The notes below the pieces were generated by a model. It was given only the letters and a program-made list of their open reading frames with translations. It was not told the origin of the DNA and did not search any database. Below, piece by piece: positions 34,923 to 43,463 of a DNA stretch of 64,000 nt (position 1 is its first letter; every line of letters begins with the position of its first letter). The stretch lies in NCBI GenBank assembly GCA_965232515.1, contig CBDDPY010000002.1, forward strand, positions 2,592,001-2,656,000, given 5' to 3'. The translations under genes were made by a program, and so were the position numbers. Source of the stretch: Alphaproteobacteria bacterium (GTDB lineage: Bacteria > Pseudomonadota > Alphaproteobacteria > GCA-2731375).

Positions 34923-35087
34923 TGTCCCAGACCGGGACAGCGGCAGTTCTTTCTCAGAGAAATCCGCAGGAATCCGGGCTCGGGGCGCATTCTGCCGGGT
35001 CCGGGACCTGAAAACCGTCTCAGATGGCCGGATCTGGGCCGCGTTGTCCCGCTCTGGGACAGAAAATCTGCGCGTCAATACGGGACA
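34923..35087. promoter_or_regulatory. repeated TGTCCC-N5-GGGACA palindromes (candidate enhancer sites)
   Basis: Perfect copies at 34923-34939 and 35045-35061; half site ending 35087. Confidence 0.55.
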
Positions 35088-35179
35088 AATACGCAGAAAA
35101 TCCAATTCAGCCGCGATGGCCCCGTGTTTTCAGCGGCTTAGCGGAAAATCGCCAACTCTGCCTCATTTCGGCCACAAAC

Positions 35180-35196
35180 TGGCCCGCGCCCTGCAA
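35180..35196 (+). promoter_or_regulatory. sigma54 -24/-12 promoter candidate
   Basis: TGGCCCG-CGCC-CTGCA with correct GG/GC spacing. Confidence 0.5.
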
Positions 35197-35310
35197 GGTT
35201 CGGGGTGAGCCGCCCCGGCGCCGGAAACGGCCAGGGGCACGAACCGAGGACCTGGGGGTCTCGACCAACTCCGCCAAAGCAGGCGGGACCCGATCGAGAG
35301 GAGAGTTCAG

Positions 35311-35928
35311 ATGCTGTTCGGTCGTATCGTCAAAGCCACCGCCACCACCGTCGCCGCCGCCGGCCTGCTGCTGAGCGCGGCTACCCTGCCGGCCCAGGCC
35401 GACGAGGCCAGCGCCACCGCGCATGTCGCCAAGCTGAGCGAGAACGCCGTGGCCCTGCTGACCGACCGGCAGATCGACGCCAACGACAAGGCCGCCGCGC
35501 TACACCAGCTGTTCGTCGAGGGCTTCGACATCCGCACGCTGAGCCGCGCCGTGCTGGGCCGCCACTGGCGCAAGGCCGACGACGCCCAGCGCGCCGCCTA
35601 CGTCCAGGCCTTCGAGGCCTATGTGGTCAAGACCTATGTCCGCCGCCTGTCGCAGCTCGACGAGGTCAGCGTCAAGATCAAGGGCGCCCGCGAGCTGAAC
35701 GAGAAGGACACGCTGGTCAGCACGCGCTTCGCGGGCCCGAACGGCCAGCCGCTGAACATCGACTGGCGGGTCCGCACCCGCGACGGCGAGGCCAAGATCA
35801 TCGACGTGATCATCGAGGGCGTGTCGATGGCCGTGACCCAGCGGGCCGAGTTCTCGGCGCTGATCCGCAGCAACGGCGGCAAGCTGGACATGCTGATCGC
35901 GGCGCTGGAGAAGAAGGCCGCGGCCTGA
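35311..35928 (+). CDS. MlaC/Ttg2D family periplasmic lipid-binding protein
   Basis: Signal peptide; FD...SRAVLGRHW, KIIDVIIEGVSM..TQRAEF. Confidence 0.9.
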   Translation: MLFGRIVKATATTVAAAGLLLSAATLPAQADEASATAHVAKLSENAVALLTDRQIDANDKAAALHQLFVEGFDIRTLSRAVLGRHWRKADDAQRAAYVQAFEAYVVKTYVRRLSQLDEVSVKIKGARELNEKDTLVSTRFAGPNGQPLNIDWRVRTRDGEAKIIDVIIEGVSMAVTQRAEFSALIRSNGGKLDMLIAALEKKAAA

Positions 35929-36048
35929 AGCCCGGCCACCAGGACGCACGGATTTATCGCCGGGAGACGTCGCCACCGGGCAGTGCAATCGGGATCGCCG
36001 TCCCAGCATTCGTCGCCCAAGTCAGCGCAGACATCCCCGGCCTTTCCA

Positions 36049-36085
36049 CGGCGGCGCCCCTCCCCCAGGGCGCCGCCGTTTTTTG
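36049..36085 (+). terminator. intrinsic terminator
   Basis: CGGCGGCGCCC..GGGCGCCGCCG followed by T6. Confidence 0.75.
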
Positions 36086-36235
36086 TGCGTTTTGCAGGGT
36101 CCCGGGGGGGGGGGTACGCGCCGGGGAGATCGCGGAACAACCCCATGCACAGGAACGGTCAAGAACAATGAATCCTGCCCTCGCAAGGACTTAGCTTATT
36201 TCGATTTCTGTCGAAATGACGCCCCCACGGCCATG

Positions 36236-36263
36236 AAAAAAGCGGCCCCGCGAGCGGGGCCGC
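36236..36263 (-). terminator. intrinsic terminator on the minus strand with no obvious CDS
   Basis: GCGGCCCCG/CGGGGCCGC hairpin preceded by A6 on the + strand. Confidence 0.65.
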
Positions 36264-36555
36264 CGAGTCGCCGGCGGCGGTTCGAGGCCGCCACCGGTCC
36301 AGGCCGAGGCGGAGTCCGTCGCGGTGGCTTGGCGGCCCGGGCGGGCCGCGGCCAAGCCGACCGTGTCGGACACCAACGAGGACGCCCAGCCTGCCGGGTC
36401 CATGTTTCCAACGCATGTCCGCACCCGCGCGGTTTGGTTTCAGATGTGTCCACCGACCGCCGCCCGCGCATGGCCACGGTCGGAGATGAAGGATGCCTTC
36501 CTGTCGTCCTATACTTGCCGCCCGCCGCGACGAGGAACCGAGCGCCGCATGCCGC

Positions 36556-37419
36556 ATGGACCCTGCTAGCCTGATCAACGCGCTGACGCCGCTCGCCTGG
36601 CCGCTGGTGGCGCTGGCGGCGCTCATCGTCCTGCGCCAGCCCCTGGTGCAGGCGTTCCGCCGCCTGCTCCGGCTCGACCTGGAGGCGAAGGGCGTGAAGA
36701 TCGCGGCGACGCTGTCGGGCCGCGTGACCGACGACGACATGGCGGTCGTCGCCAAGGGCCATGGCGCGGCCGTCACGACGCGGCGCGTGGTCGTCTCGGT
36801 CATGATTTTCGATCTCGATTGCGATACCGACATGCTCTCGGCCGACGAGGCGAGCGCGCTGTTGAACCGGATCCAGGGGATCGTCGTCGACGCGGTCCGC
36901 GACGCCGAGGGCACGATCGATTCCTGGGACCCGGACTGCCTGGTCGCCTATTGGAACGCGCCGGTCGAGCGGGAAGACCACGCCCGGCGGGCGCTCAACT
37001 GCGCCATCGAGGCGCAGAGCGCCCTGATCACGCTGCGCGGAAACACCGAATTCCGGCCGCTGCTCAGAAGCCATGCGCTGGTGACGACCTTCGATTCCAG
37101 CGTCGGCGTGATCGGCGCCGGCGCGAACCGGGCGTTTCGCATCCTGGAAAACGTCGATCAGAAGATCGGCAGCCTCCGGGCGTTCGCACGCGCGTTCAAT
37201 CTCGACGTCGCCGTCACGGGATTCGCCAGGGACCATCTCGACGACGAAACGGGCCTCACGCATCTGGGCAAGGCGATTGTCCGCGGCAAGATGGAGCCGG
37301 TCGACGTCTACGCCGTGCCGTTGCCGGGCGGCGCGGATGTCGCGGAAGCGCGGCGCCACTTCGATGAACTGGCCGCGGAGAGCGGATCGGACACCTTTCC
37401 GTTTCACATCCTGAAGTAG
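36556..37419 (+). CDS. membrane-anchored degenerate class III nucleotide cyclase
   Basis: N-terminal TM; VMIFD, GTIDSWDPDCLVAYWNAP...DHARRAL, VRGKMEPVDVY. Confidence 0.75.
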   Translation: MDPASLINALTPLAWPLVALAALIVLRQPLVQAFRRLLRLDLEAKGVKIAATLSGRVTDDDMAVVAKGHGAAVTTRRVVVSVMIFDLDCDTDMLSADEASALLNRIQGIVVDAVRDAEGTIDSWDPDCLVAYWNAPVEREDHARRALNCAIEAQSALITLRGNTEFRPLLRSHALVTTFDSSVGVIGAGANRAFRILENVDQKIGSLRAFARAFNLDVAVTGFARDHLDDETGLTHLGKAIVRGKMEPVDVYAVPLPGGADVAEARRHFDELAAESGSDTFPFHILK

Positions 37420-37543
37420 CCGCGCCGCCCGCCGCGCCCGCCTTTCACGGCGAATTGAGGCGGGCGGCACGGTGCGACACATGGTAAGACGTCGCCGGGG
37501 GTCACATATAAGTGCCTGGGCAGGTGGGGAGCCGGCGGGCCGC

Positions 37544-39160
37544 ATGCAGGGCCGACAGGAACAGCAGGACGCGCGACAGGACGGGCCGGCCGACGAACGC
37601 TACCGGATCGTTATCGAGCCGCTGGCCGGCCGCGTGCAGGGCGTCTACGCGGGCGCGATGCTCGCCGACACGACGGACGCCAAGATCCTGCACGAGACCA
37701 ATTTGCCCTCGGTGATCTTCGTGCCGCGCGCCGACGTGGCGATGGACCACCTGCAGCGGATCGAGCTGCAGACCTTCTGTCCCTTCAAGGGCAACGCCAC
37801 GCACTGGCGGCTGACGCTCGGCGAGCGGACCGTGGAGCCCGCGGCCTGGAGCTACGAAACGCCGCTCGCCGAGGCCGACCCCATCGCCGGCCATATCGCC
37901 TTCTACCCGCAGGCGATCGAGCAATGGACGCGGGACGGCGAAACGCTGCACGCGATGACGCCGCTCCGGACCGAGCGGCATCCGCTGACCGACTGGCTGC
38001 TGCTGTCGGCGGGCGACGCCGCCTCGCCGGAAGAGCTCACTGAGCAGCTCGGCAGGAAGCTCATCGCCGCGGGCGTGCCGCTGTGGCGGATCAGCGTCGC
38101 GATCTGGACCCTGCACCCGCAGCTCGCCGGCACCACCTACAACTGGCGCAGCGACCGCGAAGGCGTGGCGCAGATCTACACGCCGCACGGGGCGCTGCAG
38201 AGCCCAGCCTATCTCAACAGCCCGGTCAAGTTCGTGACCGACGGCCTGGGCGGCGTGCGCCAGCGCCTCGATACCGGCGAACCGCGCTATCCGTTCCCGG
38301 TGATGAACGACCTCAAGGCCGAGGGCGCCACGGACTACGTGGCCATGCCGCTGCCGTTCTCGGACGGCAGCATCCATTCCATGACGCTGACCTCGCGCGA
38401 CGCGGACGGCTTCTCGACCGCGGACCTCGGCATGGTGTTCGAGAACTCCGTGGTGATCAGCCGGCTCTACGAGGTGCATACGCTCAGGGCCAACACGGCC
38501 GTGCTGCTGAACACGTATCTGGGCAAACGCACGGGCGCGCGGGTGCGCGAGGGCCAGACCCGGCGCGGCGACGGCGAGCGCTTGAAGGCAGTGATCTTCA
38601 TGGCCGACCTGCGCGGCTCGACCGCGCTCGCCGAGCGCCTGAGCCGCGAGGATTACCTCGACGTCTTGAGCGGCTTCTTCGATTGCACGGCGACGCCGGT
38701 CACGGAACGCGGCGGCGAGGTGCTGAAGCTGATCGGCGACGCGGTGCTGGCGATCTTCCCGCTCCCCGACGCGATCGACGATGCGGCGGCCGAGGCGGCG
38801 GCGGCCGCGGTCTGCCGCCGGGCGCACACGGCGGCGCGCGACAGCCTGCGGCGGATCGAGCAAGCGAACCGGACCGGCGGTCTGGCTGCCGAGATCCGCT
38901 GCGCCGTGGCGCTGCATCTGGGCGAGCTGACCTACGGCAATGTCGGCTCGCAGGACCGGCTGGATTTCACCATCGTCGGCACGGCGGTGAACGAGACCGC
39001 GCGGCTCGACGCGGTGGCGAAGAAGCTCGACGAGCCCGCTGTTTATTCGGGCGACGTGGGCCGGCACCTGGGCGACGCCGCCCGCTCCCTCGGCAACCAC
39101 GCGCTGCCCGGCGTCGGCCGCGAGATCGAAATCTTCGTGCCGGTGGAGGCGGCAGGATAA
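37544..39160 (+). CDS. DUF427 domain fused to class III adenylate cyclase
   Basis: TFCPFKG.A, AAWSYETP (DUF427); FMADLRGST, LKLIGD, FTIVGTAVNETARL. Confidence 0.88.
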   Translation: MQGRQEQQDARQDGPADERYRIVIEPLAGRVQGVYAGAMLADTTDAKILHETNLPSVIFVPRADVAMDHLQRIELQTFCPFKGNATHWRLTLGERTVEPAAWSYETPLAEADPIAGHIAFYPQAIEQWTRDGETLHAMTPLRTERHPLTDWLLLSAGDAASPEELTEQLGRKLIAAGVPLWRISVAIWTLHPQLAGTTYNWRSDREGVAQIYTPHGALQSPAYLNSPVKFVTDGLGGVRQRLDTGEPRYPFPVMNDLKAEGATDYVAMPLPFSDGSIHSMTLTSRDADGFSTADLGMVFENSVVISRLYEVHTLRANTAVLLNTYLGKRTGARVREGQTRRGDGERLKAVIFMADLRGSTALAERLSREDYLDVLSGFFDCTATPVTERGGEVLKLIGDAVLAIFPLPDAIDDAAAEAAAAAVCRRAHTAARDSLRRIEQANRTGGLAAEIRCAVALHLGELTYGNVGSQDRLDFTIVGTAVNETARLDAVAKKLDEPAVYSGDVGRHLGDAARSLGNHALPGVGREIEIFVPVEAAG

Positions 39161-39176
39161 CCAACCAAAAGGGGCT

Positions 39177-39280
39177 AACCACAGAGTTCACAGAGGACAC
39201 AGAGAACCAAAAAGCTGGTTGGCGCGAAGCGCCGAAAAAACGAGTTTGTTCCTCTGTGTGCTCTGTGCCCTCTGTGGTGA
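39177..39280 (+). repeat. REP/MITE-like palindromic element, copy 1 (9-bp periodic arms)
   Basis: (CACAGAG-NN)x3 arm, central GGCGC-GAA-GCGCC, (CTCTGTG-NN)x3 arm. Confidence 0.85.
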
Positions 39281-39408
39281 GTCTTTTTCCTTCTTTTAGC
39301 TGGCAGCCCGGCAATGGGCGGGGCGGTTTTGCTTGTGGCGGCGGGGGGCGGTGCTACGATTGCACGATCCGATATCGAGCGGACACGCAATCTAGGGAGG
39401 AGATGCCC

Positions 39409-39837
39409 ATGTCCACAGCTACTGCGGTTGCCGAGAAGCCGGCGGCGATGGAAATCGGCGGCGGCGTTATGGTCGCCAAGAAGGACGAAGCCATCTATGT
39501 GAAGGGCCGGCGCGACTGGATGCAGTACCGCGAGCTCGGTGTGACGCAAGGCAGCAGCGGCCGCATCCGGGCCCAGGTGACCTCGTCGTCGCAGGGCCTG
39601 TCGGAGCCGACCGGCTGGCACGTGCATCTCTGCGAGGGCCAGCTCGTCTATATGCTGACCGGCTGGGTGGACCTGGAGTTCGCCGGCGGCAAGGTGGTGC
39701 GCGTCGCCGAAGGCGACAGCATCTACATCCCCGGCAACACGCCGCACAACGAAATCGCCACCTCGGATTCATTCGAGCTGCTGGAAGTCAGCGTGCCCGC
39801 CGACATGGGCACCGAGCCCTGCGACCCGCCGGCGTAA
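39409..39837 (+). CDS. cupin domain protein
   Basis: GWHVH...QLVYML.GW, GDSIYIPGNTPHNE; GGAGGA SD. Confidence 0.88.
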   Translation: MSTATAVAEKPAAMEIGGGVMVAKKDEAIYVKGRRDWMQYRELGVTQGSSGRIRAQVTSSSQGLSEPTGWHVHLCEGQLVYMLTGWVDLEFAGGKVVRVAEGDSIYIPGNTPHNEIATSDSFELLEVSVPADMGTEPCDPPA

Positions 39838-39861
39838 CGGGTTAAACAGACAAGCGAGAAT

Positions 39862-39966
39862 TCACCACAGAGGGCACAGAGCACACAGAGGAACAAACCT
39901 GTTGGTTCGGCGCTTCGCGCCAACAAACGTTTTGGTTCTCTGTGTCCTCTGTGAACTCTGTGGTTA
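39862..39966 (-). repeat. REP/MITE-like palindromic element, copy 2 (inverted relative to copy 1)
   Basis: Near reverse complement of 39177-39280, core GGCGCTTCGCGCC. Confidence 0.85.
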
Positions 39967-40011
39967 AACCATCTTGTTTGTTTGACATTGCGATTGTGAC
40001 GGGAGGTGGGG

Positions 40012-40899
40012 ATGGCAGACGTGATCAATATCGAGTTCACGCGGTTCTCGGCCTTTTACAGTCCGCTGATCGCGACCATCGCCGGCGGGTTCCTGGAGGA
40101 CGAGGGCCTGACGCCCAAGCACGCGGTGTCGGCGCCGGGGCGCACGGCGATTGCCTCGTTGCAGGCCGGCACGGCGCATGTGGTGCAGTCGGCGCTGAGC
40201 CAGGGCTTCGGGCCGCTGGAGCGTGGCGAGACGCCGCCGGCGGTGCATTTCGCCCAGATCAACGAGCGCGACGGGTTCTTCCTCACGGCCCGCGCCCCCG
40301 ACCCGGATTTCGGCTGGGCGAAGCTCGCCGGCAAGCGCGTGCTGGTCGACCACGGCGGCCAGCCGCTCGCCATGTTCAAATACGCCTGCCACAAGCAGGG
40401 CCTGGACTTCGGCAGCATCACGGCTGTCGACGCCGGCAGCACACCTGAGATGATCGAAGCGTTCCGTAACGGCGACGGCGACTACATCCACCTCCAGGGC
40501 CCGGCCCCGCAGCAGCTCGAACACGACAAATCAGGCCACGTCGTGGCCTCGGTCGGCGCGGCCATCGGCCCCGTCGCCTTCTCCAGCCTCGCCGCCACCC
40601 GGGACTGGCTCCAGACCGACATGGCCGCCGCCTTCATGCGCGCCTACCGCAAGGCCCGCGCCTGGCTGATCGAAACGCCGGCCGCCGAGGTCGCCCGCGC
40701 CGAAGCGTCATTCTTCCCCGACATCGACAGCGACGTTCTCACTGCCACCCTCGCCTTCTACCAAACCCTCGGCTGCTGGTCCCCCCACGTCGAGATCAGC
40801 CCCGAGGCCTACGCCGTCACGGTCGACGTGTTCATGCATGCCGGCCTGATCACGCGGCGGCATTCCTACGAGGCGATTGTGGCGACGCCGCCGGGGTAG
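40012..40899 (+). CDS. NMT1/THI5-like ABC substrate-binding protein
   Basis: FYSPLIA....GFLEDEGL, FAQINERDGFFL; no permease or ATPase nearby. Confidence 0.75.
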   Translation: MADVINIEFTRFSAFYSPLIATIAGGFLEDEGLTPKHAVSAPGRTAIASLQAGTAHVVQSALSQGFGPLERGETPPAVHFAQINERDGFFLTARAPDPDFGWAKLAGKRVLVDHGGQPLAMFKYACHKQGLDFGSITAVDAGSTPEMIEAFRNGDGDYIHLQGPAPQQLEHDKSGHVVASVGAAIGPVAFSSLAATRDWLQTDMAAAFMRAYRKARAWLIETPAAEVARAEASFFPDIDSDVLTATLAFYQTLGCWSPHVEISPEAYAVTVDVFMHAGLITRRHSYEAIVATPPG

Positions 40900-41061
40900 A
40901 TGGTGATCGTCATTGAGGTCCAATTTCCACCTCACTTAGGTCGATGAACTTGCAAATGAAATTTTTTGGTTAGGTTTGTTCGTTGTTTGTTCTTTCAACG
41001 AATTTGCCCTACAATCGCCGGGTTGGCATATGGTGTGTGGCAACTCTCATAGGTTTGTGAG

Positions 41062-41772
41062 ATGTCGATGAAATCGCCAAAGGCACGGCTGCTTTCGCTA
41101 TACGACTTGTTCCCGTTTCATCTGCATCCGATGTGGTTGGCGGTGGAACGCAAAGAGCTATCGTTAGAGGAAGTCCTTGCGGCAGAGACCCAACATTGGA
41201 TTCGCACACGCGCAGGTCAAAGACTTCGGAAAGAAGCGCTCGATGTCGCAAGCGGCACGAGCGAACTAATTTTCGAGTTTCTTCTTAAGACCTATCTCGA
41301 AGAGTGCACGGAAGACAGCACAGGGCCAAGCCATCTAGACCTCATCGAAAGGCTCTTGATCACCGGCGGCCTGTCCATGAAGCAGCTTGAGGAGACATGG
41401 CCGACGCCCGGAAACTCAGCCGCAATCGCCTTGTATAGTGATATTGGTTCACGGGGTGCGGGGTGTCACATGCTAGGCGCCGGGGCGGTCGAACATTTCT
41501 ATTCCAAACTGAGTCCGCAGATATTTGACGCTTACACAAACCACTACGGTATGTCAGCGGAACAGGCAGAAACCTACAAAATCCATGGATCATTGGATGC
41601 AGTGCATGCTGATCGCGCGTTCGCAATTTTAGAGGAAGCAATCGAACTTCACGGCTGGACACTGATCGAGACAAGTGTTCGGGATGCTTTCGTTGCAACT
41701 AGCTTGCACTACGACGGCATGCTGCAAGCGGCCACGGGTCAAATTTCATACTGGGACGGAGCAAATAGATGA
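41062..41772 (+). CDS. heme-oxygenase-like diiron oxidase (CADD/PqqC/TenA fold)
   Basis: HPMW N-terminus; E81, H91, E144, H175, D179, H182 parallel the CADD diiron ligand set. Confidence 0.8.
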   Translation: MSMKSPKARLLSLYDLFPFHLHPMWLAVERKELSLEEVLAAETQHWIRTRAGQRLRKEALDVASGTSELIFEFLLKTYLEECTEDSTGPSHLDLIERLLITGGLSMKQLEETWPTPGNSAAIALYSDIGSRGAGCHMLGAGAVEHFYSKLSPQIFDAYTNHYGMSAEQAETYKIHGSLDAVHADRAFAILEEAIELHGWTLIETSVRDAFVATSLHYDGMLQAATGQISYWDGANR

Positions 41773-42338
41773 GCAGTTTCATCTACACTCTTTTCGGGAA
41801 GGCAGACCCCGGCCATGGGTGGATACTGAACGATCCGATTTTTGAAGGTCCTGCACCGACACTTGGAGCATGCGTCCCAAACATCCGCAGTTCCGTAACT
41901 GTCGGCGATTGGGTTTTCGCGGTTAGCGGCCGCGTCGCTAATGAACGTCAATTCGTGATTGGCGGATTTCGCGTCGCAGAAAAGATCGATCAACTCGCCG
42001 CTTATCATCGATTTCCGGAGTATCGACTCTCCCACTCGCCTAATGGTCAACTCATCGGCAACGTAATAGTCAACAGCGACGGATCTCAGCATTCTGCCGA
42101 TACTCACCAGAATTTTCAGCGTCGGATTCAGAACTATTTGGTCGGAGACGAGGCTGTGTTTCTAAGTCGAGCAAGCGAATACGAAACTGCTCGTGCGGAA
42201 ACAATTGCGGTTCTGTCAAAGATCATTGGAAAATCTGGCAACCGCGTGTTCGACCTAATCGGACGTCAAAAGAAACTTACCCAAGATCAAACTGCTAGTG
42301 TGCTTGATTGGCTTCTCAGTGTCCAAGCAAGAGGTTGA
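41769..42338 (+). CDS. Nmad2-like (nucleotide modification-associated) protein
   Basis: DP.....PTLGACVPNIRSSVTVGDWVFAVSG motif, later GN..V and H..D. Confidence 0.65.
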   Translation: MSSFIYTLFGKADPGHGWILNDPIFEGPAPTLGACVPNIRSSVTVGDWVFAVSGRVANERQFVIGGFRVAEKIDQLAAYHRFPEYRLSHSPNGQLIGNVIVNSDGSQHSADTHQNFQRRIQNYLVGDEAVFLSRASEYETARAETIAVLSKIIGKSGNRVFDLIGRQKKLTQDQTASVLDWLLSVQARG

Positions 42339-42341
42339 GTT

Positions 42342-43463
42342 ATGGACAGACTTCGGGAAGTAATTAGCGAAAGCCGAATTGATAGACATAGACTTAGTGA
42401 AAAATCCGGCATCAGTGCCGAACGTCTTGCAGCATTGGAAAATGGTCAGACGCCGACCATGTCGGAACTTCGCTCGATTGCGCAAACCCTCGGATTGCAT
42501 GTCGGTGATTTTCGGTCGCCAACGGGCCGTGAGGCCGAGACAGAACTTCTTTTCCGAAGGGCACGAATAGGAGGAAGTTCCGTCGACGATGTGGTGCGGT
42601 CGAAGCTGTCTCGCAGAATAGCCGATCCACTTTCGCTCATGACGTTTGAGGCATCGAGTGCTCTGCGCTGGCATGGCCAATTCAATCGTGGTCCGGATAC
42701 GGCAGAGACGAACGCCCACAAGTTCCGCGCGCTATTCTGTAACAATGATCAACTGAGCCCCCTGCTTTCTCTTCCACGAATTGTGGAAGAGGAGATGGGC
42801 GTAGTTCTTCTGGTGATCCGCAACAGTGAGATCGATGGAGCGTCCGGTTATCTGGATGGTGTCCCGTTTGTACTTTTGTCGGCTCGGTTCACTCCTCGGA
42901 TGCTTTTCACGTTGGCGCACGAAGTTGGACACCTCATCGCACATCATAATCCGCGGTCGTCAGTCGCTGTGATTGATCAGGACGTCCAATCGAGTGTTGG
43001 TAGAGGCGAAGAGGTTGCCTTTGAGCGGGAAGCAAATGCATTTGCCTCGATCTTGCTCATGCCAGCACAAGCCATCGGACTAGCTCTGAAGACAATCCGC
43101 AAAGTAAGGGGAATCACCGATGAGGAGCTCGGTGATCTTGAGATCAATTACCTGGCTCGCATCTTTGGCGTCAGCTTCTGGGCAGCTGCAATACGATGCG
43201 AACACCTAGGACTGCTGCCTTCCGGCGGCGGTTCAGCCCTTCACAAGGAGCTGACCGACCGCTACGGAAGCCCTGAAAAACGGTCGGATCAGGCAGGCCT
43301 TCCACCTCGGCCTGAAGTTCGATTTCCGTCGGTCCCGACATCACTACTGCGTTCGGCAGTAGATCGGATAAGGGCTGGCGAAGTTTCAATCGGCAGGGCC
43401 GCAGAAGCTCTTGAAATGTCGATTCCCGAAATCATGGCGATTCATGCCAGCCAAAACACGTGA
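42342..43463 (+). CDS. XRE-HTH + ImmA/IrrE (peptidase M78) metallopeptidase with C-terminal HTH
   Basis: N-terminal HTH (LSEKSGISAERLAALENG), FTLAHEVGH, EREANAFASILLMP, FGVS, GEVSIGRAAEAL. Confidence 0.88.
   Translation: MDRLREVISESRIDRHRLSEKSGISAERLAALENGQTPTMSELRSIAQTLGLHVGDFRSPTGREAETELLFRRARIGGSSVDDVVRSKLSRRIADPLSLMTFEASSALRWHGQFNRGPDTAETNAHKFRALFCNNDQLSPLLSLPRIVEEEMGVVLLVIRNSEIDGASGYLDGVPFVLLSARFTPRMLFTLAHEVGHLIAHHNPRSSVAVIDQDVQSSVGRGEEVAFEREANAFASILLMPAQAIGLALKTIRKVRGITDEELGDLEINYLARIFGVSFWAAAIRCEHLGLLPSGGGSALHKELTDRYGSPEKRSDQAGLPPRPEVRFPSVPTSLLRSAVDRIRAGEVSIGRAAEALEMSIPEIMAIHASQNT

Noticed and set aside
39177-39966. CRISPR repeats or coding HRGHRE/LCVLC peptides
   Set aside because: These are self-complementary 9-bp periodic arms without spacers; the ORF translations through them are by-products
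41030-41071. 13-codon ORF (MVCGNSHRFVRCR) as a RiPP-like precursor for the diiron oxidase
   Set aside because: No SD and very short; likely chance in AT-rich promoter DNA
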